Positions 8,088-15,667 of a stretch of 33,134 nucleotides of DNA are shown here, one piece after another. The notes beneath the pieces are model-generated. The model saw only the letters and a list, made by a program, of their open reading frames with translations. It was not told where the DNA came from and made no database searches. Origin of the DNA: a virus (lineage: Duplodnaviria > Caudoviricetes); IMG/VR virus record IMGVR_UViG_3300017913_000956, positions 1 through 33,134 of that record; one strand, given 5' to 3'. Numbering within the stretch: position 1 is the stretch's first letter; each line of letters begins with the position of its first letter. The translations under genes and the position numbers were made by a program.

Positions 8088-8466
8088 CGGACGTGTAAAA
8101 GGCGCAAATTTTGAAAGAGAAATCGCCAAAATGGTCATGAATGGGCTTGGTATTGACGATGTCAAAAGAGATATCGAACAATACAGGGCTGGCCTTCATG
8201 GGGATTTAATCGGGATTGACGGCTGGACTGTCGAACTGAAACGCTATAAGTCAGGCGTTACTTATCGTGCCGACTGGTGGGAACAATGCCTTTTAGCGGC
8301 TGAATATCAGGGAAACCATGCGGCACTTATTTGGAAGTACGACCGACAGCCGATTAATGTGCTTGTCAAGATGAGTAGTATCTCTGCTGATTATGCGGGT
8401 ATGGATTATGTCGCACAGGTGGATTTCAATACTTGGCTGATGCTTGTAAGGGAAAGCTGGGCATGA
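8080..8466 (+). CDS. Holliday junction resolvase (Hjc-like PD-(D/E)XK)
   Basis: KGANFERE...GDL...VELKR...WWEQ. Confidence 0.8.
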   Translation: MTNGRVKGANFEREIAKMVMNGLGIDDVKRDIEQYRAGLHGDLIGIDGWTVELKRYKSGVTYRADWWEQCLLAAEYQGNHAALIWKYDRQPINVLVKMSSISADYAGMDYVAQVDFNTWLMLVRESWA

Positions 8467-8816
8467 AGTTCAACAACACCTTTGCTTATGACTTAGCAAT
8501 AGGGCAGGCTGAAGAGATTTGGCTGAGTGAGGTGTTGGCTGGTTCTACGATGGAGATAAAGCGTGACTTTGTTGCCTGTCGGACTGGTAAGCTGTATGTT
8601 GAGTATTTCTGTTGGGGTAAGCCTTCTGGCATAGCGATAACTAGGGCTGATTTTTGGGCGTTTATTCTGGATGGCAAGCGTGTGATTATCGTGCCGACAG
8701 AACACTTGAAGGAAGTGTGCCGCAAAGCGTACCGCAATGGTGATGGAAACATAAAGGGCGGGGAAAGCATGGCTAGCCTCGGTGTATTAATAAAATTGGG
8801 AGATTTAATCAGATGA
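8463..8816 (+). CDS. PD-(D/E)XK-like nuclease-fold protein
   Basis: DLxxGxxxE...EIKRD...TGxxYVEY...PSGIxxTxADFW; ATGA overlaps at both ends. Confidence 0.7.
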   Translation: MKFNNTFAYDLAIGQAEEIWLSEVLAGSTMEIKRDFVACRTGKLYVEYFCWGKPSGIAITRADFWAFILDGKRVIIVPTEHLKEVCRKAYRNGDGNIKGGESMASLGVLIKLGDLIR

Positions 8817-9409
8817 GTATAAAAGCATTATCTTGGGCGTGGGATTATACCACTAAAGACCCATTAGAGAAGCTTGTGTTGCTATGTGTAGCTGACCATG
8901 TGAATGATAGCATGGGGCAAGCATGGCCGTCAGTGGAACGCATATGCGGAATGTGTGGGTGTTCACGCAGTACGGCTTTGAGAAAGCTGAAGCAGTTAGA
9001 AGATAAGGGTGTAATCATCAGGCAAAAACGGTTTAATAAGACCGATATTGTGGTGTTCACTTATCCAGAAAAAAGTGCTGATAAGGGTGGGTGTCAGACT
9101 GAGACGTGTCACACAGACACCCCAAATGGGCAGTTTGAGGTGTCACACAGACACACTAACCCTTATAATACTTTAACCCTTACTACTAGTAGTGAAAAAC
9201 GCTTTAAGAAGAATTATGCTAAGAAGAAGGAACTGTCTGATAAGCAGAAGCAGTTTGCTAGGACACTTGCTGACAGGCTATGGCAGAAGCACAAGCATGA
9301 GGGCTATCCGTTTCAGGTAATCTTAGATGATGTGGAAGTGTTCTTGCTTACTGACCAATCTGATGACAGTTGGATGAAGCTTGGTAATGGTTTGCCATCA
9401 CCTTTGTAG
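8813..9409 (+). CDS. Replication initiator (lambda O-like, N-terminal winged helix)
   Basis: MSIKALSWAW...KLVLLCVAD...AWPSVERI...SRSTALRKLKQLEDKG; repeats inside the linker. Confidence 0.85.
   Translation: MSIKALSWAWDYTTKDPLEKLVLLCVADHVNDSMGQAWPSVERICGMCGCSRSTALRKLKQLEDKGVIIRQKRFNKTDIVVFTYPEKSADKGGCQTETCHTDTPNGQFEVSHRHTNPYNTLTLTTSSEKRFKKNYAKKKELSDKQKQFARTLADRLWQKHKHEGYPFQVILDDVEVFLLTDQSDDSWMKLGNGLPSPL
9091..9193. repeat. Putative replication origin: iterons inside the initiator gene
   Basis: GTGTCAGACTGAGAC (9091), GTGTCACACAGACAC (9106 and 9140), then TAACCCTTA twice (9157, 9174) and palindrome ACTACTAGTAGT (9182-9193). Confidence 0.75.
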
Positions 9410-9420
9410 CCTACCGCAGA

Positions 9421-9465
9421 TGGGACAGACAGGGACACCCCCCTACAGGGGTGTCCTATGTCCCA
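9421..9465. repeat. GC-rich nested inverted repeat between convergent genes
   Basis: Outer arms TGGGACA/TGTCCCA, inner arms GGACACCCC/GGGGTGTCC; no U-tract. Confidence 0.7.
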
Positions 9466-9481
9466 GTTAGGTGGCTATGGG

Positions 9482-9688
9482 TTAGTCAGTTATGAAGCCT
9501 CGCCATTCTTGGCGTGTATTTATGTTATTCATTTTATACGCTTCTTGAACGGTATCACCATCACTACATATAATTTCCAGTCCAGCCGAACCTTCCGACA
9601 GAACCCATTTGAATAGATTTGCTTGTCCTCTTGGAACATAGACCGTTAGTGAACCATCAGCATTATGTTTCAGTCTTGTCTGCTTCAT
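9482..9688 (-). CDS. Hypothetical protein (antisense moron)
   Basis: 68 aa with AGGAGA RBS. Confidence 0.7.
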   Translation of the reverse strand: MKQTRLKHNADGSLTVYVPRGQANLFKWVLSEGSAGLEIICSDGDTVQEAYKMNNINTRQEWRGFITD

Positions 9689-9697
9689 AGCTTTCTC

Positions 9698-9910
9698 CTA
9701 ATCGCAATGGTGTGAACGTGTTACTTCGATGCGCCAGAGTTGGCATGTATCGTTCCACACAGGGCTGGAAGCTGATGTGCTATAGCCAATGGTGGGATAC
9801 TGCATTAGCAGATTATCCTTGGACTGCTTAACCATGTCCAAGTCATTGCCTTCGATGTAGTAGCGCTTTGTGTAGCGTGTGTTCATTGTTGTGATAGATA
9901 CTTTGTTCAT
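9698..9910 (-). CDS. Hypothetical protein (antisense moron, MNKVSITT...)
   Basis: GGAGGAAACAATG start context at 9910; 70 aa. Confidence 0.7.
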   Translation of the reverse strand: MNKVSITTMNTRYTKRYYIEGNDLDMVKQSKDNLLMQYPTIGYSTSASSPVWNDTCQLWRIEVTRSHHCD

Positions 9911-9944
9911 TGTTTCCTCCGATGAACGGTTGTTGATGTTATAA

Positions 9945-10012
9945 GTATTAGTTAAGTAATACACATATGTCAAACATTTTTGTTGAACTGCTTAACTTGT
10001 AGGTGGTACAAG
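9945..10012. promoter_or_regulatory. Back-to-back promoters for the moron (minus) and terS (plus)
   Basis: Minus: TTGACA (9973-68), 17 nt, TAATAC (9950-45). Plus, weaker: TTGAAC (9983-88), 18 nt, TACAAG (10007-12). Confidence 0.55.
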
Positions 10013-10017
10013 GGATT

Positions 10018-10500
10018 ATGGTTAGAAAAGGTAATTACAAGCGTAAGTGGACACCTGAACTGGTGGATGAGTATCTGAGGCGCATTTCTATTGAGGGAAT
10101 GAGTGCCAGACAGGTAGGCAAGATGCCTGACATGCCGTCTTACGAAAGCTTCCATGTGCTGAAGAGTAGAGACGCAGAGGTAAACAGGCGTTATTTGGAA
10201 GCGATGGAATCAAGGGCTACTGCCATTGATGACGAGATAGATGACGTTATCAAGGCCGTGGCTTCAGGTGAGATGGATTACAACGCAGGGCGGTTAGCTG
10301 TGGACACGATGAAGTGGCGCATGACGAAGCTGTATCCAAGGTTTTATGGGGATAATCAGCGTGTGGAAGTAGAACACAAGACTAGCTTTGTGGATGAGTT
10401 GAAGCGAGTTGCTGATAAGGTGCAGCAGCAGAAGATGATTGAAGCACAGGTTATAGAGGGTGAGGTGGTAGATGGGGGAGATGGTGAGAAAACTTCATAA
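10018..10500 (+). CDS. terS: Terminase small subunit (Sf6/P22-like)
   Basis: KWTPELVDEYLRRIS.GMSARQV...MPS...YxxA...RLxVDTxKWxxxKLxPxxYGD. Confidence 0.85.
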   Translation: MVRKGNYKRKWTPELVDEYLRRISIEGMSARQVGKMPDMPSYESFHVLKSRDAEVNRRYLEAMESRATAIDDEIDDVIKAVASGEMDYNAGRLAVDTMKWRMTKLYPRFYGDNQRVEVEHKTSFVDELKRVADKVQQQKMIEAQVIEGEVVDGGDGEKTS

Positions 10501-10602
10501 CCGCCACACGCACACGCACGAGGCTGTCAAATTCTTGACGATTGGTGCATGACGATGAGGATATACAACTGATGGTACACACAACTATTGCGTTCTCAAT
10601 AA

Positions 10603-10615
10603 TATCAATGACTTA
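10603..10615 (+). promoter_or_regulatory. IHF-binding site
   Basis: TATCAATGACTTA is an exact match to the IHF consensus WATCAANNNNTTR, in non-coding DNA. Confidence 0.6.
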
Positions 10616-10637
10616 CGCTGTTGATGCTTCCAATAAT

Positions 10638-10665
10638 CCCTTCCATAATATACATTATGCGACAA
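10638..10665 (-). other. dif: dif-like XerC/XerD recombination site
   Basis: Minus strand TTGTCGCATAA-TGTATA-TTATGGAAGGG; 18 contiguous nt (CGCATAATGTATATTATG) identical to E. coli dif; 11-6-11 layout; intergenic. Confidence 0.8.
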
Positions 10666-10787
10666 ATGCTTACCATTGGTAGGTATTTTTGCCGTCAAAC
10701 CTCTGACAGCCCCCCTTCAGATATGCGAGGGGGCGACAAGAAAAAAAACATACCCCTTCTAACCCCTTACCCCCCCATGAGGAAACA

Positions 10788-10949
10788 ATGAACCCTATTA
10801 CCCTACCCCCCGAAAAATTTGCTGAGTTCCTTAAAAAGCGCAGGGAAGCCCTTTGGAAGCTTGAACCTGAAGTTAGGGGCAAGAACAACCGCAGTTATTT
10901 GTCTAGCAGTTCTGTGAAGCGCAATATGCAGAGAAGGCGTACTCCATGA
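10788..10949 (+). CDS. Small basic protein, 53 aa (not in the ORF track)
   Basis: GAGGAAACAATG; MNPITLPPEKFAEFLKKRREALWKLEPEVRGKNNRSYLSSSSVKRNMQRRRTP; ATGA overlap with the next gene. Confidence 0.65.
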   Translation: MNPITLPPEKFAEFLKKRREALWKLEPEVRGKNNRSYLSSSSVKRNMQRRRTP

Positions 10950-12259
10950 CCCCTGAACAGCAGTTTGACGAAGCCAAGCGTTTATTTGACGCTGAGGAGT
11001 GGCAACAGGCCGCTATATTGTGTAATCGTGTTCTAGAGGTTGCAGAACATCCGTTGGTGATTAATCTGCTTGGCATGTGTTTACTGAAGATGGACAAGCG
11101 TGAGTTTGCTGAGAGGGTATTATATGAGGGGTTATCTCTGAAACCTGATTGTGTGCCTATTATGGCTAATCTGGGCAACATGATGCGTGAGGATTTACGG
11201 ATAAAACAGGCTAGGGATTTCCTAGAGGCGGCTATTCGTATTCAGCCAGATAACTATCAGGTGAACCATAATATGTCTGTGCTGTGTTTAGAGACAGGCC
11301 GTTTTGAGGACGGTTTACGGTACTCTAAGAGGGCAAGGGAGTTAGCCCCCGACAATCAGGCTATCAGGCATACTTACTCGCTAGCGTGTTTGCAGAACGG
11401 TGATTATGTTGGTGGTTGTCAGCATTATGAGGCGAGGAAGGGTGTGTTTCTGCGTGAGGCTGTTGAGTTGCCCAAGTATGAGGGTGGTAGTGGCAAGGTC
11501 ATTATTAGGCAGGAACAGGGCTTCGGTGACACGCTGATGGTTAGCCGTTGGTTGCCGAAGTTGCGTGAAATGGGTGCTGAACCTACTTTGGTAGCCCCCA
11601 ATGCGTTGTATGGGTTGATGGAAGAATCTGGGCTGTGTAGCGTTATGCGGGACGGTGACAGTGTGGATGATTTTACACATCATTTGTGGACAATGGATTT
11701 GATGTGCATGTTCGGCACTGACTGGTCTGCTGTTGATGGGAGTGCCTATTTTAAGGCTAATCCTGTGCTAGTTGATAAATGGGACAAGATGCTGGGTGAA
11801 CGTAAGAAGCCCAGAATAGGGTTCTGTTATAGTGGTAAAAGCAGAATTGAAAACTTCCATGCGTTCATTATTGATAAGCGCAGAAGCCTTACCATATCTG
11901 AGGCTCATAGTTTGATGAATGGCATAGATGCACAGTGGGTGAATTTGACCCGCGAGACAGGATTGCCAGATAGCACAGACTTTTCTGCACAGGTTGCAGA
12001 TTTTTCTGACATGGCTGGTTTATTGCGGAACTTAGACTTGGTGGTTACGGTGGATACTGCGCTGTGTCACTTGGCGGGTGGTTTGGGTGTGCCGACAATG
12101 GTATTGCACAGGCATGATACTTGCTGGCGATGGTGGCCTTACACTGATGAGACACCGCTTTATCAGAACATGAGACATTTTTATCAGCCTGAACCCTTTA
12201 ATTGGGTAGATGTAATTGAGGAAGTGCGGAATGCCATCCAATCAAAATTTGACGACTGA
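10946..12259 (+). CDS. TPR-repeat GT-B glycosyltransferase (FlmG/FlbA-like architecture)
   Basis: N-terminal TPRs (NLLG, ANLG, A..I.PD); EQGFGD motif; GT9-like end DLVVTVDTALCHLAGGLGVPT and WRW...LY. Confidence 0.85.
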   Translation: MTPEQQFDEAKRLFDAEEWQQAAILCNRVLEVAEHPLVINLLGMCLLKMDKREFAERVLYEGLSLKPDCVPIMANLGNMMREDLRIKQARDFLEAAIRIQPDNYQVNHNMSVLCLETGRFEDGLRYSKRARELAPDNQAIRHTYSLACLQNGDYVGGCQHYEARKGVFLREAVELPKYEGGSGKVIIRQEQGFGDTLMVSRWLPKLREMGAEPTLVAPNALYGLMEESGLCSVMRDGDSVDDFTHHLWTMDLMCMFGTDWSAVDGSAYFKANPVLVDKWDKMLGERKKPRIGFCYSGKSRIENFHAFIIDKRRSLTISEAHSLMNGIDAQWVNLTRETGLPDSTDFSAQVADFSDMAGLLRNLDLVVTVDTALCHLAGGLGVPTMVLHRHDTCWRWWPYTDETPLYQNMRHFYQPEPFNWVDVIEEVRNAIQSKFDD

Positions 12260-13634
12260 CCTGCTTTTGCAGATACATAATGACCCTGTTTTCTTTGTGG
12301 AACAGATTATCGGGGCTAAACCGCAGAAGTGGCAAGCTGATGCACTGAGGGCTATTGCGGCTAATGACAGGGTGAGTATTAAGTCTGGCCACGGTGTAGG
12401 CAAGACAGCTTTTGAGAGTTGGGTTGTGCTGTGGTGGCTGCTTAGTCATTATCCGTGCAAGGTAGCTGTAACGGCTAACACGGCACATCAGTTATCAGAT
12501 ATTTTGTGGACGGAAATAGATAAGTGGGCGAGGGGCTTGCCAGAGGGGTTTAAGAACCTGTTGGAGTTCAAGAACGATAAGATTAGCCTGAAGGGTGCTA
12601 GTGATAGCTATGCTGTTGCGAGAACCAGCCGCAGGGAGAACCCAGAAGCATTGCAGGGGTTTCACTCTGAGAACATGCTGTTTATCTGTGAGGAAGCATC
12701 AGGCATTCCAGATGTCGTGTTTCAGGTGGCAGAGGGTGCGTTATCGACTGAGGGTGCTAAGGTCGTCATGTGCGGAAACCCTACACGTTCTGATGGTTTC
12801 TTTTATGAGAGTTTTCACAGTATGCGGCATATGTGGCATAATATCACGGTAAGCTGTCATGAGGGTGAATATGTATCGCAGGACTTTCTGGACAACATGG
12901 CTGAGAAGTATGGTGAGGAAAGCAATGTTTACCGTGTGCGTGTTCTTGGCGAGTTTCCAACGCAGTCTGATGATGTCCTAGTGCCGCTTTACATTGTGGA
13001 AGAGGCCACGAAGAGGGATGTAGAACCGTCACCGACTACGCCTGTGGTTTGGGGATTGGACGTTGCTAGATTCGGTGGTGACAGGTCAGCGTTGGCTAAG
13101 AGGCACGGTCAGGTGCTTACAGAACCTATTAAGACTTGGCAGAACAAAGACCTGATGGAACTAGCGGGTATTGTGCTGACGGAATATGAGGCTTGCAACT
13201 ATCAGAGTAGGCCACAGGCGATTTATATTGACGCTATTGGGCTTGGTGCTGGACTAGCGGATAGACTGCGAGAGTTGGATTTACCAGCCGTTGCGGTGAG
13301 TGTGTCGGAGACTGCTAGCCTGAAGGAAAAGTTTGGCAGATTGCGTGATGAGTTATATTGGAACGCTAGAGAGTGGTTTGAGAACCGTGATGTGCATATA
13401 CCTGAAGATGACACGCTGATACAGGAGATTACAGGCATCAGGTATAAATATCTCAGCAATGGTAAGCTGAAGGTGGAATCAAAGGATGAGATGAAGCGTA
13501 GGGGGCAGAGAAGCCCTGACGTAGCGGATGCTTTTGTGCTGACATTTGCGGAACAAGGCGCTAGCGCTATGGGCTACACAAAAAGATGGGGCGGGAGTTC
13601 TAGCCCCCGCCCTAAGACAAATTGGATTGTATAG
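12231..13634 (+). CDS. terL: Terminase large subunit
   Basis: Walker A SGHGVGKT, Walker B FICEEASG, GNPTR, nuclease GLDVARFGGD and SPDVADA. Confidence 0.95.
   Translation: MPSNQNLTTDLLLQIHNDPVFFVEQIIGAKPQKWQADALRAIAANDRVSIKSGHGVGKTAFESWVVLWWLLSHYPCKVAVTANTAHQLSDILWTEIDKWARGLPEGFKNLLEFKNDKISLKGASDSYAVARTSRRENPEALQGFHSENMLFICEEASGIPDVVFQVAEGALSTEGAKVVMCGNPTRSDGFFYESFHSMRHMWHNITVSCHEGEYVSQDFLDNMAEKYGEESNVYRVRVLGEFPTQSDDVLVPLYIVEEATKRDVEPSPTTPVVWGLDVARFGGDRSALAKRHGQVLTEPIKTWQNKDLMELAGIVLTEYEACNYQSRPQAIYIDAIGLGAGLADRLRELDLPAVAVSVSETASLKEKFGRLRDELYWNAREWFENRDVHIPEDDTLIQEITGIRYKYLSNGKLKVESKDEMKRRGQRSPDVADAFVLTFAEQGASAMGYTKRWGGSSSPRPKTNWIV
13580..13612 (-). terminator. Minus-strand terminator embedded in the 3' end of terL
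   Basis: GGGCGGG/CCCGCCC stem followed on the minus strand by CATCTTTTT; just downstream of gene 13659-13979. Confidence 0.55.
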
Positions 13635-13658
13635 GGGTTTAATTATTTAGTTTTACCC

Positions 13659-13979
13659 CTATGCCGCCTTCCTATCTTCAATAAGACTATCTAGAACCTG
13701 AACTAAGTCCTCGAAGTATACATCCTTAACCTCATCCTTAATTTTGGTCAGAGTGCGGTTAAATGTGCGAACACGGTATGTATCGTTAAACATCAGCGCA
13801 ATTTCTACCGTACCCTTGTGGCGAAAACCGTTTACTTTGAATGACAGGCCACCTGAATACTGGTGTGTCTCATTCAAGATAACCAGATTTTTTGCGCCAT
13901 ATGCCATCATTGCGAATGGGTCAAATGCTTTAATCTGCGCCAAAATTGTTTCTGCGATATATCTCTGCTTTTCCATCAT
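13659..13979 (-). CDS. Phage protein of unknown function (antisense moron)
   Basis: 106 aa, AAGGGAG RBS, own promoter and terminator; ILxQ...GLxFKV...DTY...DVYxxxL pattern. Confidence 0.8.
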   Translation of the reverse strand: MMEKQRYIAETILAQIKAFDPFAMMAYGAKNLVILNETHQYSGGLSFKVNGFRHKGTVEIALMFNDTYRVRTFNRTLTKIKDEVKDVYFEDLVQVLDSLIEDRKAA

Positions 13980-14008
13980 AATCTCCCTTTGTTAATGGAT
14001 ATAATATA

Positions 14009-14084
14009 ACTATAAGCTAAGAATAAAGATAGTGTCAAACAAAAAAATGCAGTAATTGCGAATTTTTTTTCGGTTTGTTATAGT
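14009..14084. promoter_or_regulatory. Back-to-back sigma70-like promoters
   Basis: Minus: TTGACA (14038-33), 18 nt, TATAGT. Plus: TTGCGA (14056-61), 17 nt, TGtTATAGT (-10 at 14079-84). Confidence 0.7.
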
Positions 14085-14089
14085 GAGGC

Positions 14090-14380
14090 ATGACCAATGT
14101 AATCAAATTTCCAAGCAAAGACACAAAAGTCGTCTACACTCCAGAAGATGAGGTGGACGATTATACTAACGCAGAGGAGAGGGTTACTTCTCTTGCAGAT
14201 ATATTAGACCTGAATATTCAGGGCATGTATCACACTATTGATGTTGAGGCCGAGGAAGTGATGATGGCCTTGCTAGAGTTATCGGCTATATGGTCTGTGA
14301 GGGCTGATATTGCCCCAGAAGATTTTATGACGCTGTGCCAAGGAATACGTTTAGAGGTGACAAATGCCGAAGAAACCTGA
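14090..14380 (+). CDS. Acidic hypothetical protein
   Basis: 96 aa with NVIKFP N-terminal motif common in phage proteins. Confidence 0.7.
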   Translation: MTNVIKFPSKDTKVVYTPEDEVDDYTNAEERVTSLADILDLNIQGMYHTIDVEAEEVMMALLELSAIWSVRADIAPEDFMTLCQGIRLEVTNAEET

Positions 14381-14651
14381 TTCCAGATTAGAACGTGCTG
14401 GCGTTAGTGGCTACAACAAGCCAAAGCGCACACCTAACCACCCCACAAAAAGCCATGTGGTTGTGGCCAAATGCGATGACGGTTCTATTAAGACAATCCG
14501 CTTTGGTCAGCAGGGTGTATCAGGTGCAGGTAAAAATCCGAAAACAGCATCTGAAAAAGCTAGACGTAAATCATTCAAAGCTAGACATGCAAAGAACATT
14601 GCTAAAGGAAAGTGTTCTGCGGCATATTGGGCTAATAAGGTGAAGTGGTGA
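14364..14651 (+). CDS. Small basic protein (DUF5754/DUF6321-like)
   Basis: IRFGQQG...RRKSFKARH...SAAYWANKVKW; GAGGTG RBS. Confidence 0.7.
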   Translation: MPKKPDSRLERAGVSGYNKPKRTPNHPTKSHVVVAKCDDGSIKTIRFGQQGVSGAGKNPKTASEKARRKSFKARHAKNIAKGKCSAAYWANKVKW

Positions 14652-15448
14652 TGCGCCCACAGGCCAACATAGTTGTGAACACAGCGCACGGCATGATGAT
14701 AGTTAATCGTAATGACTATCGCATGATTGATGAAACGCATGGATACGGTGTCGGGTTTCAGTTACTGAACACTGGCGAGTACGACATGCAGGAAATAAAC
14801 TTTGCTAAGTTCTGCCTGAACCAGAGGCTGAACGATTATGGCAAGGGCGTTGTGGCGATAGACTGCGGTGCGAACATTGGGGTGCATACGATTGAGTGGG
14901 CTAAGACCCTGCACAATGTTGGTTCTGTCGTGTCTTTTGAGGCGCAGGACATGGTGTACTACCAGTTGTGCGGCAATATAGCCATAAACAACTGCTTCAA
15001 CGTGACGGCCTATAACAGCGCTGTCGGTGATAAAAACTGCATTATTGATATCCCGAAGCCCAACTATTTTCAGCCATCCACATTTGGTTCTATGGAAATA
15101 AAGCAGAAAGAGGGCAGTGAGAATATTGGTCAGACACTGGGCAGCACGACCAAAGTTGAACAGATTGCGCTGGACGATTTGCCTCTTTCAAGACTGGACT
15201 TTATTAAGATTGATGTTGAGGGCATGGAGTTCGATGTGCTGGCTGGCGCACAGAACCTGATAGAAAAACACAAGCCACAGATGCTGATTGAGGTTATCAA
15301 GATTGACCAGGATAAAATGCGTAGCTGGCTAGAGGATTGGGGGTATGATATATATACCTTCGGTGGGAACTTTTTTGCCGTGCATAAATCTGATACAATG
15401 GCAAGTAAGTGTTCCACAGATGAAAACGGCAACATAAGGATAGGATAA
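14645..15448 (+). CDS. FkbM-family SAM-dependent methyltransferase
   Basis: IDCGANIGVHT, SFEAQ, LDFIKIDVEGMEFDVLAGA, PQMLIE. Confidence 0.92.
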   Translation: MVMRPQANIVVNTAHGMMIVNRNDYRMIDETHGYGVGFQLLNTGEYDMQEINFAKFCLNQRLNDYGKGVVAIDCGANIGVHTIEWAKTLHNVGSVVSFEAQDMVYYQLCGNIAINNCFNVTAYNSAVGDKNCIIDIPKPNYFQPSTFGSMEIKQKEGSENIGQTLGSTTKVEQIALDDLPLSRLDFIKIDVEGMEFDVLAGAQNLIEKHKPQMLIEVIKIDQDKMRSWLEDWGYDIYTFGGNFFAVHKSDTMASKCSTDENGNIRIG

Positions 15449-15507
15449 TGGCAAAAGGTAAGAAAAAAGGAATAAACACCAAAACAGGTAAATACTGTGG
15501 CGGCTAG
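15448..15507 (+). CDS. Possible 19-aa basic micropeptide MAKGKKKGINTKTGKYCGG
   Basis: TAATG coupling to FkbM with AAGGATAGGA upstream; fills the gap to the next gene. Confidence 0.4.
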   Translation: MAKGKKKGINTKTGKYCGG

Positions 15508-15667
15508 TAAACCAAAAGACCCAGCTTTGTGGTCAAGGGCAAAGGCGGCGGCTAAGAAGAAGTACAAGGTGTACCCTTCAGCCTATGCCAATGCCTATGC
15601 CGCAAAGTGGTATAAGGACAAGGGCGGCAAGTGGGGCGGTTCTGACAATCGTGTGAGGAAAACATAA
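15497..15667 (+). CDS. Small basic protein, DUF5872 N-terminal-half-like (56 aa, not in the ORF track)
   Basis: GTG start; PKDPALWSRAKAAAKKKYKVYPSAYANAYAAKWYKDKGGKW; TAATG coupling to the next ORF. Confidence 0.7.
   Translation: MAASKPKDPALWSRAKAAAKKKYKVYPSAYANAYAAKWYKDKGGKWGGSDNRVRKT

Noticed and set aside
10670-10888. 72-aa minus-strand ORF in the gap after terS
   Set aside because: Runs through homopolymer tracts and opposes the better-supported plus-strand ORF 10788-10949
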